Below are positions 54,082 to 63,473 of a stretch of DNA of 64,000 nucleotides, in pieces. Location of the stretch: positions 164-64,163 of the forward strand of contig CANPOY010000010.1 in the NCBI GenBank assembly GCA_947575805.1, given 5' to 3'. A program made the position numbers and the translations under genes. Numbering within the stretch: the first letter of the stretch is position 1; each line of letters begins with the position of its first letter. The notes under the pieces are model-generated. The model had not been told where the DNA came from, searched no databases, and was given only the letters and a program-made list of their open reading frames with translations. The stretch is from an uncultured Lachnospiraceae bacterium (GTDB lineage Bacteria > Bacillota > Clostridia > Lachnospirales > Lachnospiraceae).

Positions 54082-55869
54082 TTAATCTTCCTGCAGCTCC
54101 TGTTCCAGCTGCTGCTTTTCGTTAATGTGGGCATAGAAGCCGCCCAGCGCCACCAGTTCGTCATGAGTGCCGTACTCAGCCAGTTCTCCGTCTGTCAGCA
54201 CGGCAATGTGGTCGGCCTTCTGCAGGGTGGAAATGCGGTGGGCAATGACAATGGTGGTCTTATTTTTCCGCAGGCGCAGGAGATTTTCCAGAATCTGCTC
54301 TTCCGTGTCCGTGTCCACTGCCGACAGGGAGTCGTCCAGAATCAGCACGGCGGAATCCTTTAACAATGCCCTGGCAATAGAGCTTCGCTGCTTTTGGCCG
54401 CCGGAGAGGGTGACGCCTCTTTCCCCTACCAGTGTCAGGTAATTTTCTGGGAATCCCATAATGTTATCATGGATACAGGCGTTCTTTGCCGCCTGATGTA
54501 TGCTTTCCCGCAGTTCCGGATGCTCCTGAATACGTTCGTCCAGGCCGAAGGCAATATTTTCCTCCAGGGTATCCGAAAACAGGAAATTATCCTGGGGAAC
54601 GTATGCCATATCCCTGTGAAGAATGCTTAAGGGAATTTCGTCTATAGGCTTTCCGTCCAGAAGCAGCATTCCTTTCTCGCAGTCATAGACCCGCAGCAGC
54701 AGGTCTGCCAGGGAGGATTTACCGCTGCCGGTGCGGCCCAGAATACCAAGCATCTCTCCGGGGCGAATATGGAGGTCAATATTTTTTAACACGGGGAGTT
54801 CGCCGTCCGGGTAGGTAAAGGTCAGACCCTGAAGGCGGATGTCACCCTCCAGATGCAGCCTGCAGTCCGCCTGAAGCGGGGAATCCGCATCCACTATATC
54901 CGGTTCTTCCCGGAAGATGGCGGCTAACCGGTGAAATGCCGCCGCTGCCTGGCTGAAGGTGTTGATACAGTCACCGCAGGCAATCATGGGCCAGACCAGC
55001 ATGCCTATGTAAGAATTAAAGGATACGAACTGACCGATGGAAACCTTTCCGTCCAACACCATCTTTCCGCCGAAGACCAGGGTAAGCAGGAGGCTCAGGC
55101 CGGTCACCATATCCAGTGCTGCTCCGAAGATTGCCTGGAGCTTCGCCACCGACAGATTTTTTTCCCTGTTATTGTTGCTTGCCTCCCGGAAGGCGTCAAA
55201 GTCTGCATCCTCCTGGACAAAGGCTTTCAATACCCGGACTCCCGCAAGGCTTTCCTGCGCTTTGTCAGACAGGTGGGAAAATGCTTCCTGACGCCTGGTC
55301 TGGCGCTTTTTCTGTTCGATACCGTAATAATAGCAGCCGAAAGCCACCAGGGTCAGGGGAACAAAGGCCAGCAGGGTCAGCTTAAGGTCCACGTAGAAGA
55401 TCATCTTGAAAAGCACCATGATTGTCATAACTACAGCGTCAAAGGTAGTGATCACCGCCATGCCCACCGCCTGGCGGATGGCCTGGAGGTCATTGGTAAA
55501 ATGGGCCATCAGGTCCCCCGTCTTGTGGCTGTTGTAGAAGCGGGCGGAAAGTATTTCCAGATGGCGGAACAGGTCGTTCCTCATACGGTATTCAATTCCC
55601 CGGGAAGCGCCGATGATGAAAAAGCGCCAGCCGAAGCGGCCCAGCATCATGATAAGGCCTGCCAGAAGAATTTTAAGCAGGATGGGTTTTACACCTTCGA
55701 AGCCGAAGCTGCCCTTCGTCAGGCCGTCAATAATTTCGCCGGTGTACTGGGGAACATAAAGGCTTGCCAGATCTACCAGCAGCAGAACGACGACACCCAG
55801 CAGGTAATGCCATTTATAGCTCCACAGATAGGGAAGCATGGATAATTTTGTCTGTTTTGTTCTACTCAT
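54082..55869 (-). CDS. ABC transporter fused permease/ATPase (heterodimeric exporter subunit)
   Basis: TM domain, GRTGSGKSS, LSGGQKQR, LDDSLSAVD, AHRISTL. Confidence 0.95.
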   Translation of the reverse strand: MSRTKQTKLSMLPYLWSYKWHYLLGVVVLLLVDLASLYVPQYTGEIIDGLTKGSFGFEGVKPILLKILLAGLIMMLGRFGWRFFIIGASRGIEYRMRNDLFRHLEILSARFYNSHKTGDLMAHFTNDLQAIRQAVGMAVITTFDAVVMTIMVLFKMIFYVDLKLTLLAFVPLTLVAFGCYYYGIEQKKRQTRRQEAFSHLSDKAQESLAGVRVLKAFVQEDADFDAFREASNNNREKNLSVAKLQAIFGAALDMVTGLSLLLTLVFGGKMVLDGKVSIGQFVSFNSYIGMLVWPMIACGDCINTFSQAAAAFHRLAAIFREEPDIVDADSPLQADCRLHLEGDIRLQGLTFTYPDGELPVLKNIDLHIRPGEMLGILGRTGSGKSSLADLLLRVYDCEKGMLLLDGKPIDEIPLSILHRDMAYVPQDNFLFSDTLEENIAFGLDERIQEHPELRESIHQAAKNACIHDNIMGFPENYLTLVGERGVTLSGGQKQRSSIARALLKDSAVLILDDSLSAVDTDTEEQILENLLRLRKNKTTIVIAHRISTLQKADHIAVLTDGELAEYGTHDELVALGGFYAHINEKQQLEQELQED

Positions 55870-56069
55870 AATCGTTTCCTTTGCTGCAGAGTTTGTAACG
55901 GTAAAAATCAAGGTATATTTCCGAATAAAAACCATTCTAACATATTTGAAACAAATAGAAAAGCGGCAGTATTTTTATATTTTCCTGGTTTTGTTTGTGA
56001 CATTTGTCCTTCGATGCCGCCTTATTTTGTGAAAGCTTTCAAATAATTGATTACTGTGTGGGCGAAATT

Positions 56070-56280
56070 ATAACGGATGAGCCTGCGACAGAAGTAAACC
56101 TTTTTGTACATATTCTGCGGGAACGAGAAGGCAATGTATTCGTCCGAAGCTATTTCTATTCGGAGGAGATTGGGGAGATCGCGGCCAGGTATGGGATAAC
56201 TGCCTGTAAAGTCACGGTTATGCTCAATTGCACAAGAGGGAAATTAATGCAGCACCTGGAAAAGGAGGGATTTGAAAAAT
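56070..56280 (+). pseudogene. Fragment of an ECF sigma factor (region 4 only)
   Basis: NVFVRSYFYSEEIGEIAARYGITACKVTVMLNCTRGKLMQHLEKEG; no region 2. Confidence 0.65.
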
Positions 56281-56628
56281 GCTATGGTGACGGCAGCGGG
56301 GATAAAATAAGTAATATGGGAGGAAACGCACAGACGACAGGTAATGAGAGCCTATACGGCATCTGGACTAAACCGGGGGACCTTTGCGCTTCGGTTTCAT
56401 GGATTGTTTGTGCCGCCGTTGGCGGCATGTTTGAATGTGCGAGGAAAGTGTGAGGAAACAGGAGGATGGCAGAAAATATGGTATAATCAAAGATACTTTT
56501 GCTATTTCTGAGACAGAGTTCCGTTTGATCTGTGAAAAAATTTATGGTATTCTGAAGCAGGATCTAGATTAGGGTAATGCCCTCAGGGCACCTGCACCGT
56601 AAAGCAGAGTTTGAAACAGGAGAAAGCC

Positions 56629-57567
56629 ATGTCCGGGAAAAGAAAACAGAAGCATCTGATACATCCGGTGCTGGGTAACATGAAATATTGTGAGGGGCGG
56701 GTGTGGCTTCCGCAGTCGCCGCTGGTTAAGCTCAAGATCCCTCTTTGGGGGGAATTTTACGGGGTAACGCCCGTATTTATGGCGAAGAGTGAAGACCAGG
56801 AAATTAATCCGCTTCAGGTGGAGGCCTATAGGAAATTCGAGAGCCTGGTGATGGAACAAACCGATGAGATGGAGCAAATGATTTTGGAGCATTATAAAAA
56901 TGCTTCAGTGGAAAGAATTGTTCCGACAGCGGTCCTTTTTGGATACGGAGGGGAATGTCTGCTGGAGATTCGGGATGGCGGCGTTTTTATGGGATTTTCC
57001 ATGTTTTTGGCACCGAAGATGTGTCTCTGCGATACCTGGATGGCAAACTGCTATATGAGAGAGGATTCCAAAGCGGCGGATATTGTCCGCCGGATACGGG
57101 AAAAGCTGTTCGGGGAAGCTGGAACGGATGGGGACAAAGCGGCAGAAGCGAAAGGGCCGGAGTATAACGAGGAAAAATCAAAACAGTTTTGGATAAAATA
57201 TGCACAGGCTCTGCTGGACTATGAGCGGGAACAGGCTGAAAAAAACCGGCAGCTGCTGGAGAAATATGACAGCATTCAGAAGCCTCGGATGCCGCTGAAA
57301 AAAGCGCTGCTCGGCGCAGGCAGCATAGTACTATGCACTCTTGTACTGGGGTGGATTGGACACAGTGTAGTATCGCTGGATCTCGAAGTAATGAATCCCA
57401 TTGAGCAGCTGCTTGTGCTTTTGGTCAGTATTTTCTTCTGGTTTATTTTTTCGGCGGGGTGTTTTTTTAATGTTCGTGACCTATGGTCGGATTACCTTTC
57501 GGCCAGAAAGGATTTTGACACTTACCGGTGGGAGCAGATTGAACAGGAGAGCAATCCAGGCGGATGA
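56629..57567 (+). CDS. Hypothetical protein with two C-terminal TM segments
   Basis: RBS caggag; soluble N-terminal domain, coiled-coil-like linker, hydrophobic C-terminus. Confidence 0.7.
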   Translation: MSGKRKQKHLIHPVLGNMKYCEGRVWLPQSPLVKLKIPLWGEFYGVTPVFMAKSEDQEINPLQVEAYRKFESLVMEQTDEMEQMILEHYKNASVERIVPTAVLFGYGGECLLEIRDGGVFMGFSMFLAPKMCLCDTWMANCYMREDSKAADIVRRIREKLFGEAGTDGDKAAEAKGPEYNEEKSKQFWIKYAQALLDYEREQAEKNRQLLEKYDSIQKPRMPLKKALLGAGSIVLCTLVLGWIGHSVVSLDLEVMNPIEQLLVLLVSIFFWFIFSAGCFFNVRDLWSDYLSARKDFDTYRWEQIEQESNPGG

Positions 57568-57802
57568 ATGCCCTCGGAAGCCTTTTGTGCAAGGTCTTCA
57601 AGCTTCATGGATTGCTGGTGCCGGCTGTGCACCAACATGCCGGGAGGCGGCAGAATAATTGCGGGGAAAGTATCCGGTCAGATTTTGCTGGAATTTTCGG
57701 CGCAGTTACGCTAGAATATAGGAAGCCTGCGTGGCGAGCATATGAGAAGTGAAGGATTATAATATGCTAAAAGAATTATTATGGTGTGGAGGAAGAGGAA
57801 GC

Positions 57803-58456
57803 TTGAACACAATAGTATTTGATATGGACGGGGTTCTATTTGATACGGAGCGGCTGTGTGAGCAGAGCTGGCTGGTGACGGCTAAGGAAGCCGGACTGCC
57901 GGGGATGGAGGAAATCTTCCCTAAATGTATCGGCCTGAACGCCAATGACAGCAGAAGGATTGTGATGGAGGCTTACGGGGAGGGCTTTGATTATGAGGGA
58001 TTCCGGTCCAAGGCCTCGGATTGGTTCTGGAACTACATAGAAAAGAACGGATTGCCTGTAAAGCCGGGGGTTCGGGAGCTTCTTGCCTGGCTGCAGGAAC
58101 AGGGCTTTCGGGTGGGCCTTGCCTCTTCCACCAGGCGTTCCACCGTACTGAATCACCTGGAACAGGCGGGGATTCGTGATATTTTTTCGGTGATTGTCAC
58201 GGGGGATATGGTGGAGCACTCCAAGCCTCAGCCGGATATTTATCTGCTGGCCTGCAGGGAGCTTGGCACGGAGCCGGGAGAGGCCTATGCCGTTGAGGAT
58301 TCGCCAAACGGGATCCGTTCGGCGTATGCTGCCGGGATGACGCCTCTGATGGTGCCGGATATGATTGCACCGGATGAGGAGATGGCCCGCCTGAGCAGGA
58401 AAATATTCGGGGATTTAGGAGAGGTGCTGGAGTTTTTAAAGGAGGAATCCCAATGA
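57803..58456 (+). CDS. HAD-superfamily phosphatase (beta-PGM/CbbY-like)
   Basis: FDMDGVLFDTE, LASST, KPQPDIY, VEDSPNG; TTG 57803 with an RBS. Confidence 0.92.
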   Translation: MNTIVFDMDGVLFDTERLCEQSWLVTAKEAGLPGMEEIFPKCIGLNANDSRRIVMEAYGEGFDYEGFRSKASDWFWNYIEKNGLPVKPGVRELLAWLQEQGFRVGLASSTRRSTVLNHLEQAGIRDIFSVIVTGDMVEHSKPQPDIYLLACRELGTEPGEAYAVEDSPNGIRSAYAAGMTPLMVPDMIAPDEEMARLSRKIFGDLGEVLEFLKEESQ

Positions 58457-58941
58457 AATTAATAATAACCGATCTGGAAAATTTCAAGGTTCCGGTGGAA
58501 GGAGATTACAAAATCATTCAACCTCAGGGCAATATCAGAAATTGCATCGGGTGCTTTGGATGCTGGACCAGGACCCCTGGAAGGTGCGTGATCCATGACG
58601 GGTATGAAAACACGGGGATCGATATGAGTAAGTGTACGGAACTGATTTTCGTGAGCAGATGTTATTATGGCAGTGTGAGTCCGTTTGTAAAAACTGTGCA
58701 GGACAGGGCAATTTCCTATATCCATCCGGATTTTGTGATGCGCAGGGGGGAAATGCACCATAAGCGCAGATATAGTAATGTAATCCAGTTGTCCGCATAT
58801 TATTACGGAGAAACTGTCACAGATGCGGAAAAGGAGACGGCGCGGAAGATTTTGCAGGCAAATGCGGATAACTATGACGGAAGGGTAAAAAATATATATT
58901 TTTATAAATCGGCAGAGGAATTGGAGGGCATTCGTATATGA
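58453..58941 (+). CDS. Flavodoxin-like/FMN reductase family protein with a CxxCxxC motif
   Basis: CIGCFGCW...PGRCVIHD, SPFVKTVQDR. Confidence 0.8.
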   Translation: MKLIITDLENFKVPVEGDYKIIQPQGNIRNCIGCFGCWTRTPGRCVIHDGYENTGIDMSKCTELIFVSRCYYGSVSPFVKTVQDRAISYIHPDFVMRRGEMHHKRRYSNVIQLSAYYYGETVTDAEKETARKILQANADNYDGRVKNIYFYKSAEELEGIRI

Positions 58942-59615
58942 AAACGGCGCTTATTAACGGGAGCCCTAAGGTAAAATCCAGCAACAGCGGAATATTGCTG
59001 GAGGATTTAAAGGCGTATCTAGTGGAAACCGAAGCTGTGGAATTTGGACTTCACACAGGCACTGCTGCAAAAGAAAAGGCGGAGGCGCTGAACCAGGCGG
59101 ATGCCCTGGTGTTCTCTTTCCCCCTTTATGTGGACGGAATTCCCGGACACCTGCTCTCGTGTCTTGCGGATCTGGAGGAGGCTTCCAGCAAAAGCAAGGG
59201 AATTCGGGTATACGGAATAGTCAACTGTGGTTTCTATGAGGGTATTCAGGCTGAGCCGGCGCTGCAGGTCCTGCAGAATTGGTGTGAAAAAGCGGGATAT
59301 GTCTGGGGAGGCGGCGTAGGAGTGGGCGGCGGAGGGGGACTGGCTCAGATGCCTAAGACAAAGTCAGGTCATGGCCCGAGAGAGCCGATTGAGAAGGCAC
59401 TGAAGGCGCTTGCCGAAGCGATCTGCTCGGAGCATGTGCAGGGGGACCAGCAGGCGCAGGATCATCAGCAGATACAGGAGAATCAATATGTGTCGGTTGC
59501 TTTTCCGAGATTTTTGTATAAGCTGGCGGCACAGATGGGGTGGCGTCAAATGATGAAAGCAAGCGGCGGCAAGGCGCGGGATTTAGGGAGAAGACCGGAA
59601 GGCGGCGAAGACTAA
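58938..59615 (+). CDS. Flavodoxin-like NAD(P)H-dependent oxidoreductase
   Basis: INGSPK, FSFPLYVDGIPGHL, NCGFYEG, GGVGVGGG. Confidence 0.8.
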   Translation: MKTALINGSPKVKSSNSGILLEDLKAYLVETEAVEFGLHTGTAAKEKAEALNQADALVFSFPLYVDGIPGHLLSCLADLEEASSKSKGIRVYGIVNCGFYEGIQAEPALQVLQNWCEKAGYVWGGGVGVGGGGGLAQMPKTKSGHGPREPIEKALKALAEAICSEHVQGDQQAQDHQQIQENQYVSVAFPRFLYKLAAQMGWRQMMKASGGKARDLGRRPEGGED

Positions 59616-59658
59616 GCTGGCGCCGTAGAAGACACAGGAACGCAGAGGAGACTTGTTC

Positions 59659-60513
59659 ATGGCATCATTGGGCATACCCCGCAACACCATAGAGATACTT
59701 AAAAAATATAATTTTAATATTCAGAAAAAATTCGGACAGAACTTTCTGATTGACACCTCTGTCCTGGACAGAATTATCAGAGCTGCCGAGATAACCGGGG
59801 AGGACTTGTGCCTGGAAATCGGTCCTGGAATCGGCACCATGACCCAATATCTGGCGGAGACGGCCCGGGAAGTGGTGGCGGTGGAAATTGATAAAAATCT
59901 GATTCCCATATTGGAAGAGACACTTTCGGATTATGGAAATGTAACGGTGATCCAAGACGATATACTGAAGGTGGATCTTAACCGGATCGTGGAACAGCGA
60001 AACGGAGGAAAACCTATAAAGGTGGTGGCAAACCTGCCCTATTATATCACCACGCCCATTATTATGGGACTGTTTGAAAAGCAGGTACCGGTGAAGAGCA
60101 TTACGGTGATGGTGCAGAAGGAAGTGGCGGAGCGGATGCAGGCAGGGCCCGGCACTAAGAATTACGGTGCCCTTTCTCTGGCAGTGCAGTATTATGCCGA
60201 GCCGGAGGTTGTGGCAAATGTACCGCCCAACTGTTTTATCCCCAGGCCGGGGGTGGGAAGCGCGGTAATCCGGCTCACCAGGCATGAGAAACCAACCGTG
60301 CAGGTAGAGGATGAGCATAAGATGTTTTCCGTTATCAGGGCATCCTTTGGCCAGCGCCGCAAGACTTTGGTCAACAGCCTTACGAATTCGCCGGAGCTGG
60401 GAATCTCCAGAGAGTGCGTGGCAGAAGCATTGGAGGAGATGGGACTGCCTGCCATGGTCAGGGGGGAGGCATTGACTTTGGAGCAGTTTGCAGAGCTGAG
60501 TAACCGGATATAA
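59659..60513 (+). CDS. rsmA: 16S rRNA dimethyladenosine transferase KsgA/RsmA
   Basis: KKFGQNFL, EIGPGIG, VVANLPYYITTPI, QKEVAER, FGQRRKTL. Confidence 0.97.
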   Translation: MASLGIPRNTIEILKKYNFNIQKKFGQNFLIDTSVLDRIIRAAEITGEDLCLEIGPGIGTMTQYLAETAREVVAVEIDKNLIPILEETLSDYGNVTVIQDDILKVDLNRIVEQRNGGKPIKVVANLPYYITTPIIMGLFEKQVPVKSITVMVQKEVAERMQAGPGTKNYGALSLAVQYYAEPEVVANVPPNCFIPRPGVGSAVIRLTRHEKPTVQVEDEHKMFSVIRASFGQRRKTLVNSLTNSPELGISRECVAEALEEMGLPAMVRGEALTLEQFAELSNRI

Positions 60514-60683
60514 AGCAGATTAACAGGAACACACGATTGAGATTATAAACCATCGCTGGATTTTCGGAATGAATTTTTGTCCGTCAGGGAAGCAAATATT
60601 TTGAATGTAATTGCAGCAGTAAGGTATGACACAGAAAGCCGTATCGTATATGCTGCAGGGGTGTTATAGATTACTCGGGTTTC

Positions 60684-60710
60684 CGGCCTGCAAACTATTT
60701 GCAGGCCGGA
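60684..60710. terminator. Hairpin terminator between convergent units
   Basis: CCGGCCTGCAAA-ctat-TTGCAGGCCGG. Confidence 0.7.
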
Positions 60711-60732
60711 TTATCAAACATTTACAACCGTT

Positions 60733-61602
60733 TTAATAATTCTGAAGATACATATACGCGTCCTCCAGCGTCACCGATGCCGGTCGGCAATCAATCCCGG
60801 GTTTTACCCTGCTTAAGATGCGCAGCCGAATTCCGCCTTCCGCCTGTTGCTTGGAGGAAATACGGTATTTCTGTTCCAGATCCCGCGCCTTTGCGGGATC
60901 TGTTACCGTACACTCCCAGACGTAGCCGGCTGCATGGTCCAGTAGATTTTGAATGCTGCCGGAGTACAGGAAATGTCCCTTTTTCATTACGGCAAGCTGA
61001 TTGCAGGTGGCGGCCAGGTCCTCCACTACATGGGTGGAAAACAGGACGGTGCGCTTTTCCGAGAAATCCACCAAAAGATTACGAATTCTGATGCGTTCCT
61101 CCGGATCCAGGCCGGTGGTGGGCTCGTCGATAATCAGAAATTCAGGGTCGTTTAAGAGCGCCTGGATAAGGCCCACTCGCCGTTTCATGCCGCCGGAGAG
61201 CTGTTTCATCTTCTTTTTCCTGTGCTCTGTCAGGCCGGTCTTCTCCAGGTAAAATTCAATGCGCTCCCGGCAGAGTGTTTTGGGAACGTCAGCCAGGCTA
61301 CCCATATATTCCAGGCATTCCTGCACGGTCAAACCCGGATATAAGTCGATCTCCTGAGGCAGATAGCCGATCTGTTTCTGTATCTTTTCATAATTTTTCT
61401 TATGGTACTGGATGCCGTCCAAGGTTACCGTGCCGTCAGTAGGGGCAAGGGTGGTGGTCAGCACCCGCATCAGTGTGGTCTTTCCGGCGCCGTTTTCTCC
61501 CAGCAGTCCAAAGATTCCGTCCGAGATTTTCAGGCTGGCATGGTCGATGGCAGTTACTTTATTTCGAAAGGTCACGGTCAGGTCATTGATTTCAATACTC
61601 AT
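60733..61602 (-). CDS. ABC transporter ATP-binding subunit
   Basis: GENGAGKTT, LSGGMKRR, IDEPTTGLDP, STHVVED. Confidence 0.95.
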   Translation of the reverse strand: MSIEINDLTVTFRNKVTAIDHASLKISDGIFGLLGENGAGKTTLMRVLTTTLAPTDGTVTLDGIQYHKKNYEKIQKQIGYLPQEIDLYPGLTVQECLEYMGSLADVPKTLCRERIEFYLEKTGLTEHRKKKMKQLSGGMKRRVGLIQALLNDPEFLIIDEPTTGLDPEERIRIRNLLVDFSEKRTVLFSTHVVEDLAATCNQLAVMKKGHFLYSGSIQNLLDHAAGYVWECTVTDPAKARDLEQKYRISSKQQAEGGIRLRILSRVKPGIDCRPASVTLEDAYMYLQNY

Positions 61603-61606
61603 AAAT

Positions 61607-62299
61607 TTATCCTCTTTTCTTTAACAGGGTTGGCAGGAGCAGAAGCATTGCGGCGCAGAGGGCGATGCAGATGCCCTTTCCCGCAAGCCAGCTGAAGTCA
61701 CCGGTGTCTGTTATATTTCGGTAGGCATAGGAAAAAACATTCCTTGGGCCCATGACCTTTTTGGCAAAGGAGGAATTTGCCATAAGCCACAGGAGCAGGC
61801 ATCCGCCGATTCCACACCACAGACTGCGGAAGATGCAGGCAAGGGTGCCTGAAAGGATGGACCAGAATGCGATTGTCACCGCCATTGCTCCCAGGAAAAT
61901 GAGAAACTGTCCAATTTCGCTTCCGGCTTCCGGTTGTATAAAGCTGAATGGGCGGGGCTTTTGAAAAAGAAAAAACAGGCAAAAGCCTATTGCAGCCAGC
62001 AACAGGAGAAAGCCCTCCTGGATCAGCAGCCTTGTGCCTACGGAGCAGAGCTTTTTTTTCATCGGATACAGACGCCAGACCTCAGAACGTTTGCCGGTGA
62101 TTTCCTGCACATAGGTGTCTGCGCAGAACGCTGCTGCCAGAATCGCCAGGGCAGGCTCCATAGCAGTTCCGATCTCACAGCTTACCGACACGCCCCGGAT
62201 CAGGCTGAGGATGAATACAAAAAACAGTGCGAAGGATACTTTATAAGGGGGCAGGGATATTTTGATTTCTTTCTGCATTATACCCGCCTCCGTTTCCAT
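61607..62299 (-). CDS. ABC permease-like membrane protein
   Basis: About six TM segments; in operon with the ATPase. Confidence 0.75.
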   Translation of the reverse strand: METEAGIMQKEIKISLPPYKVSFALFFVFILSLIRGVSVSCEIGTAMEPALAILAAAFCADTYVQEITGKRSEVWRLYPMKKKLCSVGTRLLIQEGFLLLLAAIGFCLFFLFQKPRPFSFIQPEAGSEIGQFLIFLGAMAVTIAFWSILSGTLACIFRSLWCGIGGCLLLWLMANSSFAKKVMGPRNVFSYAYRNITDTGDFSWLAGKGICIALCAAMLLLLPTLLKKRG

Positions 62300-63342
62300 A
62301 GTTGAATCGAAATCAGCAGAATGATAACGGATGCCGCCAGGAGGAAGCTTTGATTGAGCACCACCAGAGGCGGCTCGGCCGTATCGAAAAACTGCCCTGG
62401 AAACCGCACCATGATGGCCAGTGGCATTCCATAATAACCGTATACTCCGTCTGCGTTGTGGCCGCCCATATTGGAATAAACAATCAGGAGCAGCAAAAGC
62501 GGTACTCCGGGAAGCGGATTTTTAAATAGTAGGGAGATAAGTACATAAATGCACACGATTATGAACATATTAGGCACAATGTACAGGCAGGTTGCCGAAA
62601 TAAAGTCCAGCAGCCGCACTTCAAAGCCCTGTTCCCGGGTGGAAATCAGGCAGATTGCCCAGAATGCCAGATTCAGGACAGCCAGCGTAATCAGGCAGGT
62701 TGAAAATCCGCCCAGGGCTTTCCCCAATACATAGCTTTTGGCGGTGACGGGCTTGGTGTGAAGAAGCTCATAAGTGCAATTTCTGGTATCCTGTATAAAC
62801 AGTACGGCCAGCATAATCGTTGCGAAAAAACCCATATGCACTCCTGCAAGATCAGCAAATTTCCTGGAGAAGTAATAGGAATAGGGATTTTCTGAAAGAA
62901 CCTGCCTAAGATAGGCATTGATTTCCTCGCTGGTTCCTTTTCTGTATTTTGTGTGCTCGTACTGCGTAGCAGCCCCAAAAAAACGATATTCCTCTTCAAA
63001 GTACTGAGAAGCCTCTGAGATACTGAGATCTTTTGATTTGCTTACAGCGGCCTGCGCCTCGGCGCTGCTCATTCCATAGCCTGTGATAAAGGATTTCTGC
63101 ATGGCGGCTTCCCATAAGGCCCGGCGTTCCTCTGGGGGTGTGGGGATATAACCCTGGCAGGGTTCTCCTGCGTGAATGATCTCGGGATAATTGTTGACGA
63201 TCTGCTCCCCCGGAGAGAGAAAACGAATCTGCAGATAGAGCTCCAGATTCAAGTAGACGCTCAGGATTACGACCGTGATTCCCAGCCAGAAAAGGGGCCG
63301 CTTTAAGTAGTTTGTGACTTCTCTTTTTAAGATTGCAAGCAT
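62278..63342 (-). CDS. ABC transporter permease
   Basis: N-terminal TM segment, large loop, YELLHTKPV...YVLGK, C-terminal TM segments. Confidence 0.85.
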   Translation of the reverse strand: MLAILKREVTNYLKRPLFWLGITVVILSVYLNLELYLQIRFLSPGEQIVNNYPEIIHAGEPCQGYIPTPPEERRALWEAAMQKSFITGYGMSSAEAQAAVSKSKDLSISEASQYFEEEYRFFGAATQYEHTKYRKGTSEEINAYLRQVLSENPYSYYFSRKFADLAGVHMGFFATIMLAVLFIQDTRNCTYELLHTKPVTAKSYVLGKALGGFSTCLITLAVLNLAFWAICLISTREQGFEVRLLDFISATCLYIVPNMFIIVCIYVLISLLFKNPLPGVPLLLLLIVYSNMGGHNADGVYGYYGMPLAIMVRFPGQFFDTAEPPLVVLNQSFLLAASVIILLISIQLWKRRRV

Positions 63343-63434
63343 ATTTTGCCTCCCTCCATAAAATATTGCGGCGGTCCGTTGCCCATTTTCCGGTGAGCTT
63401 CAGGCAGCCTTCAAATACAGGATATAAGGTAAAT

Positions 63435-63461
63435 CACAACAAAAAGACAATGCCGCGACAA
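63435..63461 (-). promoter_or_regulatory. Three response-regulator boxes
   Basis: Minus strand TTGTC-TTGTC-TTGTG at an 11-bp period upstream of the permease operon. Confidence 0.55.
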
Positions 63462-63473
63462 AAGTCGGATTGT

